DNA from: Octopus vulgaris
Taxonomy: Eukaryota
Length of the DNA: 64,000 bases
NCBI GenBank assembly: GCA_951406725.2
Contig: OX597825.1
Coordinates: 32,240,001-32,304,000 of the forward strand
Reading direction: 5' to 3'
Translations under genes and position numbers: made by a program
Notes under the pieces: generated by a model
What the model saw: only the letters and a program-made list of their open reading frames with translations
Databases searched by the model: none
Told to the model about the DNA's origin: nothing
Shown here: in pieces, positions 26,887 through 41,259 of the stretch
Position numbering within the stretch: position 1 is the stretch's first letter
How the letters are laid out: every line of letters starts with the position of its first letter

Positions 26887-28259
26887 CCATATATCCTTTG
26901 TAACACACCACTATATCGCAGCGCAAGGCTTGAGAATCACTTAACCGATTTGGAAGCGGACAGTTCTGGAAGGATTAGCTTTTGTATCAATGTTTCTAAG
27001 CTCTCTCATCTTTATCCATTAAATATGGCAGATTAAGCTGTGGCCTTTTAATTAATGAAAGAGAAATAAACAATGAGATTAATCTTAATTTTCTGACCAT
27101 TACTTTAAGAAGTTAACTATATTAATCTTGTTGTATTGATTGCATATGAAGCTTCAGTTTAAGACTGGTTAATTAAAGCTGATTCGGTAATAATTGATTT
27201 AAATTACTGAATCTAATCATCACATTTGGCTTTACAAGTAGTTCTTCAGCTTGGTTAGCCACGGATTCGCAGCAGCAAAAATATACCTTGAACACACACA
27301 CCGCTAAGTAACATGCAACGCAATTTAAAGAAGAAAAAAAATGATAAGTCGGAAATACAGTCACGTTGAATAGTTGTGTTTCCGGTTTACGTTTAGTTGA
27401 CAAAATGGAAACCTCGTTGAATGATCAAATCAAATAGTTGTATGTCGAAGGTATTGGAGTGATTGGAAGAAAAACCTTTTGGAAACAGGGAGATATGTAA
27501 CTTCTAGTTTAAACAGAATTCTTCATAAGTAAATGTAGATAAAAACAATTTAGAATAAGGTTCTTTGAAAATATGGCGAAGTACAAGTACGTTTAGATAA
27601 GAAAATTTGAAGGAAATAATAACATAAAATAAAATATAAAGTGAGAGAATAAGAATCCTTCAGAAACGAAATAGAAGGAAATAAAATAACGATTTGTATT
27701 GATAGATTGATGTTTTAGTAGAATGAAAGAATCATTAGAAAGTTCGGTGTAAAACTACTGAAGCCGTATATAGTGAATTGAATAGAAATAAAAGAAAGCT
27801 AAACAGAACAACAAAATGCGTAAGTGTGTGTAATACATACAATGAATAGACACGCCTAAAGATGTGTAGGGTTTCGTATTGATGCAATGTATACATTTAC
27901 GCACACATTCCTACCCCCTGTATATATATACATACATAATACACACACATAAATATGTATGTATGTAAATAGATATATATATATATGGTATATATGCACA
28001 CACACACACACATATATATGTATGCATATATACATACAAGTACACACTCACACACAAATATATGTATGCATGTATACATACAAGCACTCTCTCTCTCACA
28101 CACACATACACATTAAAGCCGAAAAAACACTTTACAAACTGTTTCTCAGTGAAGACCACAAATCTAATATTAGCAGAAATCTTAAATGAAGATTAATTAA
28201 TCCAGCTAAAATAGAGATAGGAATAATTAGCAAAAATATTTTAGATTCTATTCTACATA

Positions 28260-29530
28260 CAAGTGGTGTTCATTAAAGGACCCCCTGACCCCCTTATTGC
28301 AGGAAAGGAACTTGTACAGGTATAATCACATATGTCTCTACATGTCACATTGTAAATTGCAGTATTCCACTAGCATTCGTTTGTCCTTTATGGCTGCTGA
28401 AGTGGACTAAGGTGCTATAACGGAGGCAGTTGAATGCAGATCAGTGATCAGGTTCTTATATTTGAAACGTTGTACACCAAAAGAGACTTTCGATGAGATG
28501 AAAGAAGTTTATGGTGACAATGCACCATCATACAACGTAGTCAAGCACTGTCATCGCCAGTTCAAATGTGGTCGGACATCGGCGGAAACTGCTCCTATTT
28601 CTAGACCACATTCCTCCATTGATGGCGACACCATCCACAAAGTGGAAACCGCCATTTTGGAGGATCGCGACATAACTATTCGACAACTAGCCCAAGAAGT
28701 GAAGATAAGTGTAGAGTCCATGGAAAAAATAATTCACGATTATTTGCACATGCGTAAGTTGTCTGCACAATGGATTCTCCGGATGCTCACACCCTTTCAG
28801 AAGCAGGAACGAGTCAATTGCTCCCAGGTTCTTTTGGTAATGTGCCAAGAAAACGAGGAGGACTTTTTCGGCAGACTTATCACACAGGATGAAACATGGG
28901 TCCAGCACTGTGATCCTGAGACTAAAGTCCAGTCGAAGCAATGGAAGCATGATAATTCAACACCTCCAAACAAGGTTCGTGTCCAACTCTCATCAGGCAA
29001 GGTGATGCTCACAGTCTTTTGGGACCAGCGTGGAGTAGTGATGATGGATTTTCCGGCGAAGGGTACTACAGTTAACAAGGCATATTATGCTTCTCTGCTG
29101 CAGAAATTGCGGGACGCCATCAAAGCAGAGAAACGAGGCCTGCTGACCAAAGGAGTCCGCCTTCTCCAAGACAACGCCCCAGTTCGCAATGGGCATGTTG
29201 TCCAGATGAAAGCAAACTCCTGCATCTATGAAACCCTTCCTCATTCTCCTTTCTCTCCTGACTTAGCACCATCTGAATTCCACCACTTTTCGATCATGAA
29301 GTCTTTTTTGAAGGAGAAGCACTTTTCTTATGATGATGAGGTAAAGTCTTGGTTCCAGACGCAACCTACCGACTTCTACTGACGAGATCTTCACAGTTGC
29401 ATAAAGCGATGTGAGAAGTGTGTCACTATTGGTGGTGGCTGTGTAGAAAAGGACTAATAATTGTGTCAAGTTTTCATTTATCCCAGTCCTTGGGAAGTGG
29501 TTCAGAGGAAATCTTAATGAACACCTCCCG
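28260..29530 (+). mobile_element. Near-full-length mariner transposon (1271 bp)
   Basis: TA-flanked TIRs sharing ggtgttcattaa, canonical mariner size, and a transposase ORF inside. Confidence 0.92.
28420..29457 (+). pseudogene. Mariner transposase pseudogene (irritans/Himar-like)
   Basis: Motifs ITQDETWV, SSGKVMLTVFWD, LLQDNAP, HSPFSPDLAPSEF. Start appears mutated (ACG at 28420), WVPR is WILR, premature TGA at 29380 precedes the natural ...EKCV...VEKD* end at 29457. Confidence 0.9.
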
Positions 29531-29559
29531 TAAAATGAGTGGTGGTATTGAATTAGCTC

Positions 29560-30175
29560 CTTAGGATAACTGTTAGTCTGTCGTAGACTGATTTAAAAAA
29601 TATTAATGATTAGTACAACTGTAAGTTCACTCTGTTTAATATCGTGGACTTTTACCCGTTTATAAAAAGATCTTTTCTTCTTGGGGCACTAGATGTTGCT
29701 AAGGAATATATACACATTAGCAACTCTGATATCAACATTATTCTGCAATGTAAATTATGCAATATATATATATATATTTGCATAATTTATATTTAAAATT
29801 CCCTTTCTTAAAAACAGGTCAATACAAGGATGATGGCCTTATAGTCACTCGTAACGTGAATGGCCCTGAACTCGACGGCCTTAGGAAGAATCTTATATTC
29901 TTCTAAGGAATGGGTTTAAAAATCACAGCTGACACAAACCTTAGTAGCGTAAACTTTTTAGATATTAACTCAGATTTAGGATCAAATAATTGTAAACCTT
30001 TCGTAAGTTTATGAAAGTCTAGTCTACATTAAGAAAGAGTCTAATCACCCACCTTGTATTCTCAAAAACATGCTAATACAGGAAAGCGCATTTCCTCATT
30101 GACTTCGCACAAGGCAGCCTTTAACGATGCCTTCTCCTTTTGTAATGATGCACTGCGTAATAACAGGTTTTCAGA
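29560..30175 (+). mobile_element. Penelope-like element RT remnant
   Basis: Broken motifs FNIVDFYP, GQYKDDGLIV, MGLKIT, VNFLDI and YIKKESNHPPCILKN. Confidence 0.8.
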
Positions 30176-31422
30176 GATCTCTTTTGGTATTCGAGTACTA
30201 TTTCTTCCATCTTGTTTTGCATCTATGCACTAACGTGTGTGTATATAAAGACATATGTGTGCATGTGTGTGCGTGTGTGTATTCATATGCATATACAAGT
30301 ATGTGCATATACATACATATATAAATATGTCTGCATGTATATATATATATACACACACACACATACACTCACACACACACGACAATATTATGTAAACATG
30401 TGGACGTATAAATGATACTGTATTTCGCAAAGAGGCGTGTGTACATGTATGTGGTGTAGATTATTATATTCCCAATAAGCAGTGTGTGCAATTGTGCAGG
30501 AATATGTATATGTATGTATATACGTATGTGCGTATGCGTCTGTGTGTATGTATGTATGTATGCATGTGAGTATGTATGTACGTGTGTATGCATGCATGTA
30601 TGTATGCATGCATGTATGTGTGTATGTATGTGTGTGTATGTATGTATGTATGCATGTATGTATGTATGTATGTATGAATGTATGTATGTATGTATGTGTG
30701 TATATGTATGTATGTATGTGTGCATGTGAGTATGTATGTACGTGTGTATGCATGCATGTATGTGAGTATGTATGTATGCATGTATGTGTGTATATATGTA
30801 TGTATGTATGTATGCGTGTATATATGTATGTATGTAAGCGAGTATGTGAGTATGTATTTATGTATGCGTGTTTGTATGTGTGCATACGCTTATTTGTATT
30901 TATATATGCATATATGTATATATGTATGTATGTGGTCAGTTGTTTCACAAAAAAGAAACACAGAAATGCACAAGTGCGCGCACACACGCACACTCACCCG
31001 AGTGTACACACACACACACACGCATATAGACAAATGCCAATGATAGAAACTTGGTTTTAGAGACATTCGATTCTACATCAATGTGAATCAGTAAAACCAA
31101 TTTTCATTATCATCTTTTTTTTTTTTACACTTTGAAGTTCATTCGTCGTGACTAGCAACTCACTACACACAGACACACACAATTATATACACTCGTGCAC
31201 ATACATACATACATACACGCATGCATATGTACATGTATACGTACATATATTGCATATACGAACAAACATATACAATGTCACACGGTAAAGAACTAAAGCA
31301 CGGATGCACAAATATAGGAGATTCAGACGAATAAACGCACACACATCTGTGTAAATAAATACACTCACACACATACATACACACACAAAGCTATACAAAC
31401 ACACAACTCGTACACAGGCACG

Positions 31423-31454
<32 letters not shown>

Positions 31455-31782
31455 CATAGATACATGATCAGGCACATATTTACAAGTGTGTGTAGATAGA
31501 TGCACGTGGATATATGCATGTAAACATCTATTCACATATTCATACATAAATAAAAGCTTGACTAACGTATGTATATATGTATGCATGTATGTATGTACGT
31601 GCGTACCTACCTACCTACCTTCCTTTCTTCCTTCTTCCTTCCTTGCTTCCTTCCTTCCTATCTGTTTGCTCATTTGTACGTAGCTTTGTATATACAGTTA
31701 TGGATTGAAATATACAAACATACGCATATGTTAATGTGCGTGTGAAAATAAGAAAGACTAGCTGTGAGAGGAATTATATGTA

Positions 31783-31999
31783 CGAGGGGCTGCTGAAAAG
31801 TTCCTGGTTCTGGGTAAAAGAAAATGCAGGAGGATCAGTCAATCAAGATTTCATTCAACTTATTCCCCTTTCAGATTCACATACTTATTGCAGCGGTCCT
31901 TCAGGTTTTCTAAGCCCTGTAAAAGAACTCGAAAGTTTGGGCTTCCAGCCAGACCTTTCGCAACACCCTTGAAGCCAGCAACTTTTCAGCATTCTCTCG
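31783..31999. mobile_element. Mariner-derived MITE
   Basis: TIRs cgaggggctgctgaaaagttcctgg / ccagcaacttttcagcattctctcg, with TA on the left. Confidence 0.75.
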
Positions 32000-32246
32000 T
32001 GTGTAATCACATTCCTTCTCTGTCTCCAATGCGTGGTAAAAAGAAGTACTGTTTCGAAATAATTTGTAGATCGCTCCACCAGAGAAGACTTACCCGATTT
32101 TCTTCTCCAGTCGATAGCATAGAGTATTCAGCGATTATATAAAGCATTGATAAATTGAGTAACTACCATACTGCGAAACGATCCGTTAGAAATGCCCCCT
32201 CCACTTCTTTCTTTTGTGCATCGAAAGCGTTGAAGGAATATATTTA

Positions 32247-32756
32247 CCGTAAATCCTCGAGTAATAATCCGCATTTTCCCCCCAAAGGTCAAAATCTCTA
32301 GTGCGTAATATATACGAGGTTAAAAATGAAAAATATTTTCTATGCAATATCTGAGTCTCTTTTTGCTGTCCGGCAATGTTTATTCAGATGCATTTTGTTA
32401 TGTCGGGCGTGAAAATACCTTAAGCTAAGCTTGAAAGCAATGAAGTCATATAAGAATCAGTCATAACTTGCAGTAAGCAACATTTATTAAAATAAAAGTA
32501 TTCAGAACACAGAATAACATGTAACAAAAACAATTTTCAAACATATTTATATTCCCATATAACAGCTGAGAACATCATTATTGTATTACGCATGTGCGGA
32601 AGTGTTTGTTCGACTAGGTGCTGCTGGCTTAATTCCGCACGACTCAAGTTAGAGGAGTGCGTATTATACACAAGGTTTCGGTTTTTCAGAGGTACAGCCC
32701 CCTAAAAATCCCCTGCGTATTATACTCAAGGGCGGACTATATTCGAAGATTTACGG
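32247..32756. mobile_element. pogo/Tigger-type MITE (510 bp)
   Basis: TA TSD, TIRs ccgtaaatcctcgagta / tattcgaagatttacgg and subterminal tgcgtattata repeats. A smaller degenerate relative lies at 44764-44928. Confidence 0.8.
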
Positions 32757-33813
32757 TACATTCTTACAGTATTTTGTCACAGCTAGGCATCTTTAACATT
32801 TAGATTTATTCAAGCGACAAGCTGGCAGAATAGTTAGCATGCCGGATAAGATGTTTAGCGTCATTCCGTCCGTCTTTACGTTCTAAATTCAAATCCCGTC
32901 GAGGTTATCTTTGCTGTTCATCCTTTCGGGGTCGATAAAATAAGTACCAGTTAATCACTGGGGTCGACTTCTGTAATCGACTACATCCTACCCTAAACTT
33001 GCGTGTCTTCTGCCAAAATTTGAAGCCGATGTTTAGATTTACGCTGTGTTGTTCATAAAAACATTTTTAATTAATGTCAAACCATCAAAAAGACAAATAT
33101 GTAAATTCACTTATCCATTACAGCAACTGCTTAATTTATGACTGCTTTATATAATTCAGCTGGATGATTTATGCTATGGATTGCGGAAAAAAAACTGGAC
33201 ACATCTTATCGGAGGAGTGGCGAACAAACTACGACACTATTCTTCAGAAAAGTCCCTATTTGTTTTTCTGATCATCGATATCACACAGGGAATGAGTTTT
33301 ACATTCGTATAATTCTTCTCACAGCTAGGTTTTCTAATATTTAAATCTATTTCAGTTCTCCTATTTCACGCATATATATGCATGTATAAATGTATGTATA
33401 TATACACGTGTATATGTATTTGCTTCCCAACCTCATGGTTTCGGATTCAGTCGCACTACGTGGCAACCTGGATAGGTGTCTATAGCCTCAAGCCGACAAA
33501 AAGCCTTGTGAGTGGATTTGGTAGATTGAAACTGAACGAAGCCTGTCGAATATATATAGGTATGTATGTGTGTATATGTGTATGTGTGTGTTGCTGGACA
33601 ACCGTTGTTGGTGTGCTTACATCCCCGTAACATAGCGGTTCGGCAATACAGATTAATAGAATAAGTATTAGGTTTTAAACAAAAGTACAGGGTTCGATTC
33701 ATTCGGCTAAAAAGTCTTCAAGGCGATGCCCCAGCGTGGCCGCAGTCAAATGACTAAAACAAGTAAAAGATAGAAGATATACACACACACACACACACAC
33801 ACACATACACACA

Positions 33814-33879
<66 letters not shown>

Positions 33880-34735
33880 GTTCGTTTGAATTTTCGATTT
33901 TTCGAATTTTCATTTCGTTCCGTCCCTTTCCTCCATGTTTGTTTTTTAGTTTAATATTATGACGCGAAATTCTCTCCCTTTGCTTTGCCTTCCCCTCTCT
34001 CTTTCTCTCTCTCCCTTTTCCTCACCCTTCTCTCAGTCGCGTGTCTTCCTCTATCTTTCTCTCTCTCTCTCCCACTCCTCCTCACTTTCTTCACTGCTAA
34101 TCCTTTCGCACGTTGCCTTCAGGCCCTAAGGTCATGTTTCCCAGCGCTCGCCAGTTACCTCTCTCGTCCCTGCCAGCACAAAGGCCTTCGTTCGTCTTTT
34201 TCGTTTGTTCTCTTGTTTATTTTGATTTCTCGTATTGTAATTTATTTCTCGTTTTGTATTTTCTTGTACATGTATCTTTTATCTTTGTATTTTTGTCTTG
34301 TATTTTTTTTGTGCAGTTCTTTGTTACATCCATTTTTGTGTTACATTTTTTCTTGCTCGTTTTACCCCTCTGCGAGGTTATTTTATTTTAATTCTCTCGT
34401 AGGAAGGCCTAGCATGTACAGACGTGTCCTGTCTTGCCTTCGAAACACGCTATGTCTGCTAGTGACAGCTGATGAAGGGGATTTTTCCTTGTGTAGCATG
34501 TCCTGTACCTCGTTTTTCTGCTGTACATAATGTTTTTCCCGTTTTCGTTTTCATCCTGTTCCACGTCTCTGTCCTTCTGTTGTAACAAAATGGCTTTTCC
34601 ACTTTCGTTTCTGTTGATTTTTACGTCTTTTTGTGGTGTCCTGTACGTATATATATTTATATATGCATGTATATATACATGTAGATGTCGGTACGTACAT
34701 ATATGTTTGTATGTATGCATATATTTTATTTATTA

Positions 34736-34796
<61 letters not shown>

Positions 34797-34799
<3 letters not shown>

Positions 34800-35933
34800 T
34801 GGTTTGACAAAATAATGGAAGCACCTTAAAATTTCAAATCAAATTTATTTCAATATGGGGTAGGATCGCCTTTGGTAGTAATTACAGCTGAAATTCTGCG
34901 AAGTATGGACTCGTACAAAGTTTGAATCGTTTTCAAAGGAATTTTTGTCCACTCTTCAGCGAAAACTGTCTCCAGTTCTTGTAGTGATGATGGTGGAGGA
35001 TTTCGACTCATTATTTATTTTCTAAAATGCACCATAAATGTTCAATAATATTGAGACCTGGGGTTTGTGGTGGTCAGATAAGATGTTCAACTTCACGAGA
35101 ATGTTCCTCGGTCATTCAGTAACAACTTTAGCACTGTGAATTGGTGCATTATCATCCCAAAAGATTGCGTTTCCCTCCGGAAACAGTTCCGCAACCATAG
35201 GATGAATTTGATCAGATAAAATGCATTAATAGCCTTGACTTTTAATTCTGCTATGAAAGGAAACCACTGGGCCCGCGGATTTCCAAGATATAGTTGGAGA
35301 AGGCAGCCTGGGTCAAACGCTTCTTTTGGCTGACTTCACACGAACACTCGACCGGTGGTCGGAAATAAGGTAAAGGATGACTCGTCCGGGAAAATAACAT
35401 TCTTCCACTGCTCTAGGACCAATTCTGTAGGTTTTTACTCCACTCTAAATGCGAACAATTTTTGTGGGAACTGGGTTCATAAGGTGGTCATTAAACTCTA
35501 CAGTAATTTTGGGAGCTGTACTTTTGTGATCCTTTCTAACAATACGCGTAAGAGTCCGACGGTCCCTATCTGAAAGTTTTGGTTTTCTTCCGGAGTTCTG
35601 TTTTTCCCTCTTTCTCAAAGGCTATCGTTACTTTCAAGACAGTACTTCCTGATACACCAAACATTTTGGCTGTTTTCGTTATGCTAGCGCCTGTCATACG
35701 AGCACCAACAATTTGACCTCTTTGAAAGTCCGATAGATCTGTCATTTTGATGAATTTTAATTACCTTTTTCTGATGATATCTGAAAGGAAACAGCAATTT
35801 TAGCAAAACATATGAAGCAACACTAAAAATAAACCAAAAAACATAAAAATTAACGAGCTTTTGGTGGTTTTATAGATATTTCAAATTATGATGCTATGAT
35901 GCCAAGTGTTTCCATTATTTTGCCCAACCCCTG
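34797..35933 (-). mobile_element. Decayed Tc1 (DD34E) transposon
   Basis: TIRs cagtggtttgacaaaataatggaa / ttccattattttgcccaacccctg within (TA)n. ATG at 35745 gives MTDLSDFQRGQIVGARMTGAS, then IFPDESSF, DDNAPIH and PPQTPGLNIIEHLW, with frameshifts. Confidence 0.9.
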
Positions 35934-35980
<47 letters not shown>

Positions 35981-36400
35981 TTAAAATTACTAAGTCTCTC
36001 TAAAAGAGAACAACGGCAGCGTTTCCGGAAAATAATAGTTATCGCCATACTAATATGGCATTCTTATAAAAATAAGAATAAAGCTGTCCGCTTATTAGCT
36101 CCATGAGGCCATCGCCTTAAGTTAGCTATTTGATACACAAACTGTATCCATATATATATATCGTTTTGGGATTTGGTTTGCAAAACTCTATGTGAGTTCA
36201 TGTGTTGAAGCATATTTTGCTGTGTCTGGGGAGAGTCATTGTCTTTTAGTGCCTTATTGTTTAATACACTCACTGATTGAAAATGTTGCAAGACGCAACG
36301 AAAATTTTAGGAAAACTAAATAAGCAAATGAGTGGAAACTGAATCTGTGAGTGTGTTAAATAATAAGGCACTAAAAGAGAACGACTCTCCCCAGACAAAG

Positions 36401-36474
<74 letters not shown>

Positions 36475-36947
36475 AGAGTTTACGAAAAAAACAAAAGACA
36501 AAGACAGGTGGTGTACAAAACAAACAGATGTATAAGTATAACGCTCAGGAATAGAAAAAGTCTTTTACGTTTCTTCTACAGAAAGGAGCACAGAAAAAAC
36601 AAGGAGAGAAAAAAACATGTGTAGTGGCTAACGATCTATCATGGCGTCTCTGAGGAAATTAAACGTGGAAAGGAAACATAGAAAGGGTATGGGGAGAAAG
36701 AAGCACAAGCGTTTGAATAAAAAATAAAAAATAAAAATAAAATAAAATACGATAAAAAAATTAAATAAATAAATAGAAGAATAATAATAAGAAAAGGGCG
36801 TGAGGAGAAGAAAATATATGCAAAAAGAAAATAAAAGAAAATAAAAGCGATGAAGATGGAACAAATAGAAAGTGGGGAGAAAGGGAGAAGAGAAGATGAG
36901 GAGAGAAAAGAAACGGAAGGAGAGGGAGGCAATATATATATATATAT

Positions 36948-37113
36948 AGGTGCTTGAGTAGCTGTGTGGTAAGTAGCTTGCCTACAAACCACATGGTTCC
37001 GGGTTCAGTCCCACTGCGTGGCACCTTGGACAAGTGTCTTCTACTATAAACTCGGGCCAACCAAAGCCTTGTGACTGGATTTGGTAGATGGAAACTGAAA
37101 GAAGCCTGTCGAA

Positions 37114-37144
<31 letters not shown>

Positions 37145-37151
37145 ATATTTT

Positions 37152-37214
<63 letters not shown>

Positions 37215-37420
37215 TTCTGTGTCTGTGTTTGTCCCACCAACATTGCTTGACAACCGATGGTGGTATGTTTACGTCCGCGTAACTTATCGGTTCGGCAAAA
37301 GAGACCGATAGAATAAGTTCTAGGCTTCCAAAGAATAAGTCCTGGGGGCGATTTGCTTGACTAAAGGCGGTTCTCCAGCATGGCCGCAGTCAAATGACTG
37401 AAACAAGTAAAAGAGAGAGA
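36948..37420 (+). mobile_element. Family B SINE, full length, CpG-rich
   Basis: Complete head, core, internal (TA)/(GT) tract and tail. A similar full copy lies at 46785-47205. Confidence 0.88.
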
Positions 37421-37839
37421 GAGAATATATGTACATATATATATATATATATATCTACACACATACACACACACACGCACATATATATATATTGCTGTGA
37501 GTGTGTTAGAAAATAAGGTACTAAAAGAAAATGACTCTCCCCATACACACCAATATATATATATATATTGTATTACATATGATTTCTACATATGGTATGT
37601 ATGTTTAAACACATTCTCGCTATACTTCGTACGAATGTGTATAAAGTTTGACTCTATGCTTGCCAAATAGTAACTCACTTTTCTCTGCCCCTGCCTCACC
37701 CATCTATCCGAAAGATTTGGTACAATTTTGATATTTTTCAGCTGTTTTATTTCCTGCAACTAGAAGTGCTACTTTCATAATTGTTATGACAACTTACATG
37801 CCTATCTATCTATCTATCTATCTATCTATCAATCTATCA

Positions 37840-37892
<53 letters not shown>

Positions 37893-39148
37893 ATTATCTA
37901 TTTATCTATCTGTCTGTCTGTCTGTCTGTCTGTCCGTCCGTTCGTCCGTCTGTCTGTCTGTCTGTTTGTATGTCTTTCTGTCAGTCTGTCTTTTGTCTCT
38001 CTGTTTGTCTACCTATCTATCTAATATCGCTCCTTTCTTTCTTTCCTTCCTTCCTTCTTTCTTTCTTTCTTTTATTCAGTATCGGATTTTCGCATGAAAA
38101 TTTAAGACCCATTCGATTTTGATTGATTGCCAGACTCGCGTCATTATTGATATATACTTAATCAAAGAGTGTGTCAAGATACGTAACAGCAAGATATCGT
38201 ATGAAAGTTATACAGCGAGTGAAAACCAAGTGAAGATATTTAAGAAAGGAAGGAAGAAAGAAAGAAAGTAAGGAAAAAGAGAGAAAGCGAGAAAGGAAGA
38301 AAGAGAAGGCATAAGCTTCTTAAACGTCAGATGAAATCTAAAACTTCCTTAGAATCTGGGTATTTCGTCTTTTCATCTTCACACATCAAGTCTTTTGGTG
38401 GTCCTTGCTCGCCTAAAGAAACACCTTCATTTTCTTTTGTAATCTGCCAAAGCTGTTCGTCATGTTTCTCGTCTCTAAACTTTTGAACTCACTGATGTTG
38501 TATCCAATTCAGTCAGTCGATGTTGTTGAATGATGAAAGGTATGTGTTATAGTCTAACACTCTTCAATAATTATTCTCTGTACAGCCTAAATTATCATCT
38601 TTTCGGCGACTGATTTTCATCGAGTAAATTTTATTCTTTCATCGTTCAGTGTTAAGATTTTTTCAGTTTAACGTTTCTAATTCACTAATAAAATATATTC
38701 AGGTAGAAACCTCTAACAACCTACGAGGTTGGTCTCCTTTCATTGCAGTCACTTCATTTGCTAAATATAGTAACCGAATTTCACTCAAAACACACCACAT
38801 TTATCTTAAAACAAAGGACAGATTGGATTACATAGTCCTAGATACACTATGCGAAAAATAAAACTAAAGATAACTTCAGAAACGCTTGTAATGAAAAATC
38901 AACTTAACATGGTTTAACATGGGGTTTGATAATAACAGCCTAGAGCAGAAGTCCCCAACCAATGGGCTACAGACCAGACCCGGGCTGCGGATCATTAGGT
39001 GCCGGACCGCACAGAAAGAACAAATTTTTAAATTTTATTTCTATTTTATGCTACACAACAGGAAAAAAAGCAGGAAAAGAACATGGAACAACAAGGAATC
39101 GTTTTAAAGAGTGGAAGAAATTGAAGGTGAATGGCAAAATCAAAGACT

Positions 39149-39373
39149 TATTTCTTTATTGCTCACAAGGGGCTAAACATAGAGGGGACAAACAAGGACA
39201 GACAAAGGGATTAAGTCGATTACATCGATCCCAGTGCGTAACTGGTACTTATTTAATCTACCCCGAAAGGATGGAAGGCAAAGTCGACTTCGGCGGAATT
39301 TGAACTCAGAACGTAGCGGCAGACGAAATACCGCTAAGCATTTCGCCAGGCGTGCTAACGATTCTGCCAACTC
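39149..39373 (-). mobile_element. Family C SINE
   Basis: Near-consensus copy with tail type i. Confidence 0.85.
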
Positions 39374-39399
39374 AGACTATTGAAGTGTATATTCAGGTC

Positions 39400-40340
39400 A
39401 TGCGGTGCAGGAGTCTTCAGGTTGAAGATAAAAGTTTCATTTACTTGTGTTGTTGGTAAGCTCCAAAAAACACCAATATGGTCATTAGAGTGATCAGGTA
39501 TGATAAAATGTTAGGCTATGCGCTTGAGAAATTCCTAGGCATTATTACGAATGCTTAAGGGAGTTGTCTCCCAAACAACAGTCAGTTTCGTCTATGTACA
39601 GAGCACCGCAGAACTTGTAGCCTCTGCAGTGTATTAGATCGCAGAAGATATAAAGTCCACTGCTTTGAGAGGCAGGTTCTTCCCAGTGGGCAGTTGGTAG
39701 GATTTCTAAAATCGCTGGTTGGAGTGTCGGGTGAAAACTGTGTGGGAGTGTACAATTCTTGTCGCATGAAATTGCTACAGCAACTGTTGGAAGTTATATT
39801 CAGGAAACTCATACCTATATTAATGGAAATCAAGATTAAATGAGGATTAAAACAGATTACGTTTTCCTTTTTAATTCTCCTCAGGTTTAGCGGAAGGATG
39901 TGGGGATCAACATGTATACTAACATACCAGTAAAGCCACTCTTGTTGACTCCTTTGTTATAATAGGTGTCGCCCTCATGAAGATCTCTCTATCTGCTGAT
40001 AGACTGGAGTTTCTTCTGCTCATGCCAAAGCCTAGGCTTCTAATTGCAGATAAGGCTGACTGGAACTTGTGTGGATATAAATCGTTACCTCGTTGGGATT
40101 TCTGTCAAGATAGTACTTGCCGTTTTGGTCCAAGAATTCGATCTTTGTTAAATTGGTGGTAACAGTTATAGTTAGGCTGAATTTCTGAACTTATACATTT
40201 CGTGACCGTTCATATGGCTTGAAATTGCTAGGCCACAAAACTGTGGGAGTTTCTAGGCACTTTTAAATTATCCAGTATAAATGCCTTGATGAGATCAGTA
40301 ACTTCAGTTCTGTCGAGCTTCATATAGGGACATCGAACAG
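39400..40340 (-). mobile_element. Penelope-like element remnant (RT to GIY-YIG region)
   Basis: Minus-strand FDVP..., LDRTEVTDLIKAFILDNL and NCPLGRTCLSK resemble Penelope FDVTMGSxDGAE and CPLxGxCL motifs. Confidence 0.7.
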
Positions 40341-40666
40341 TGGGCCGCCTTTTTTATATTATACATACATACATACATACATACATACATACACACACAC
40401 ATACACACACACATGCACACACGCACACACACGAACATACATATATATAAACTTAGATAAACTTAGATATGTTTCGACCAAAGACTGGTCCAGGCCATGT
40501 CTAACTTAATAGCACCACCTGATAGGATTATCTAAATCCTTTTTTAAGTCAAGTTTTGTGGCATCGTGCTCCATTTGAGTAGGGAGTTCTTGCTAAGTGA
40601 GTTATATCCCGGTATAAGTGGCTTATCTGGTATTCTTTGAAGGAGTTTATCGAGATTCCGTTTAAA

Positions 40667-41125
40667 CTGTTACTCAGAGTTTCACGTTTCCGTTCGTCGG
40701 ACGCTTATGATCAAAACTGGAATAAAATTATAATATATGATTTGATATAATTCAATTTGACGAATAAGCATTTGAATTTGATTGGGTAACTTATACTCAA
40801 AACATAAACGGTGTTGTATTCGCTAACGGTTGTGCGGGTTGGGAGGGTATAAATTTATTAATAAAATACAAATATATTATATTATATTATATCGAAAAAA
40901 CCTTGAGTGAAGAAGGTAGTAATGCATGTCCAGGAGGGGTTAGTTGATGATTAATATTTAACAGAAGTTCAAGTTTGCTTTTATAAAATTTAAAACCATG
41001 GATTGAAGAAGTTCCTAGGTTGAAAAATTCAATAACGAGTGTATGGTGCATATACACATACATACAAACATATAAGTCTATGACTATGCATGAGCTAAAT
41101 ACATGCACACATACACAGTTACATA

Positions 41126-41171
<46 letters not shown>

Positions 41172-41182
41172 AACACACATAA

Positions 41183-41259
<77 letters not shown>

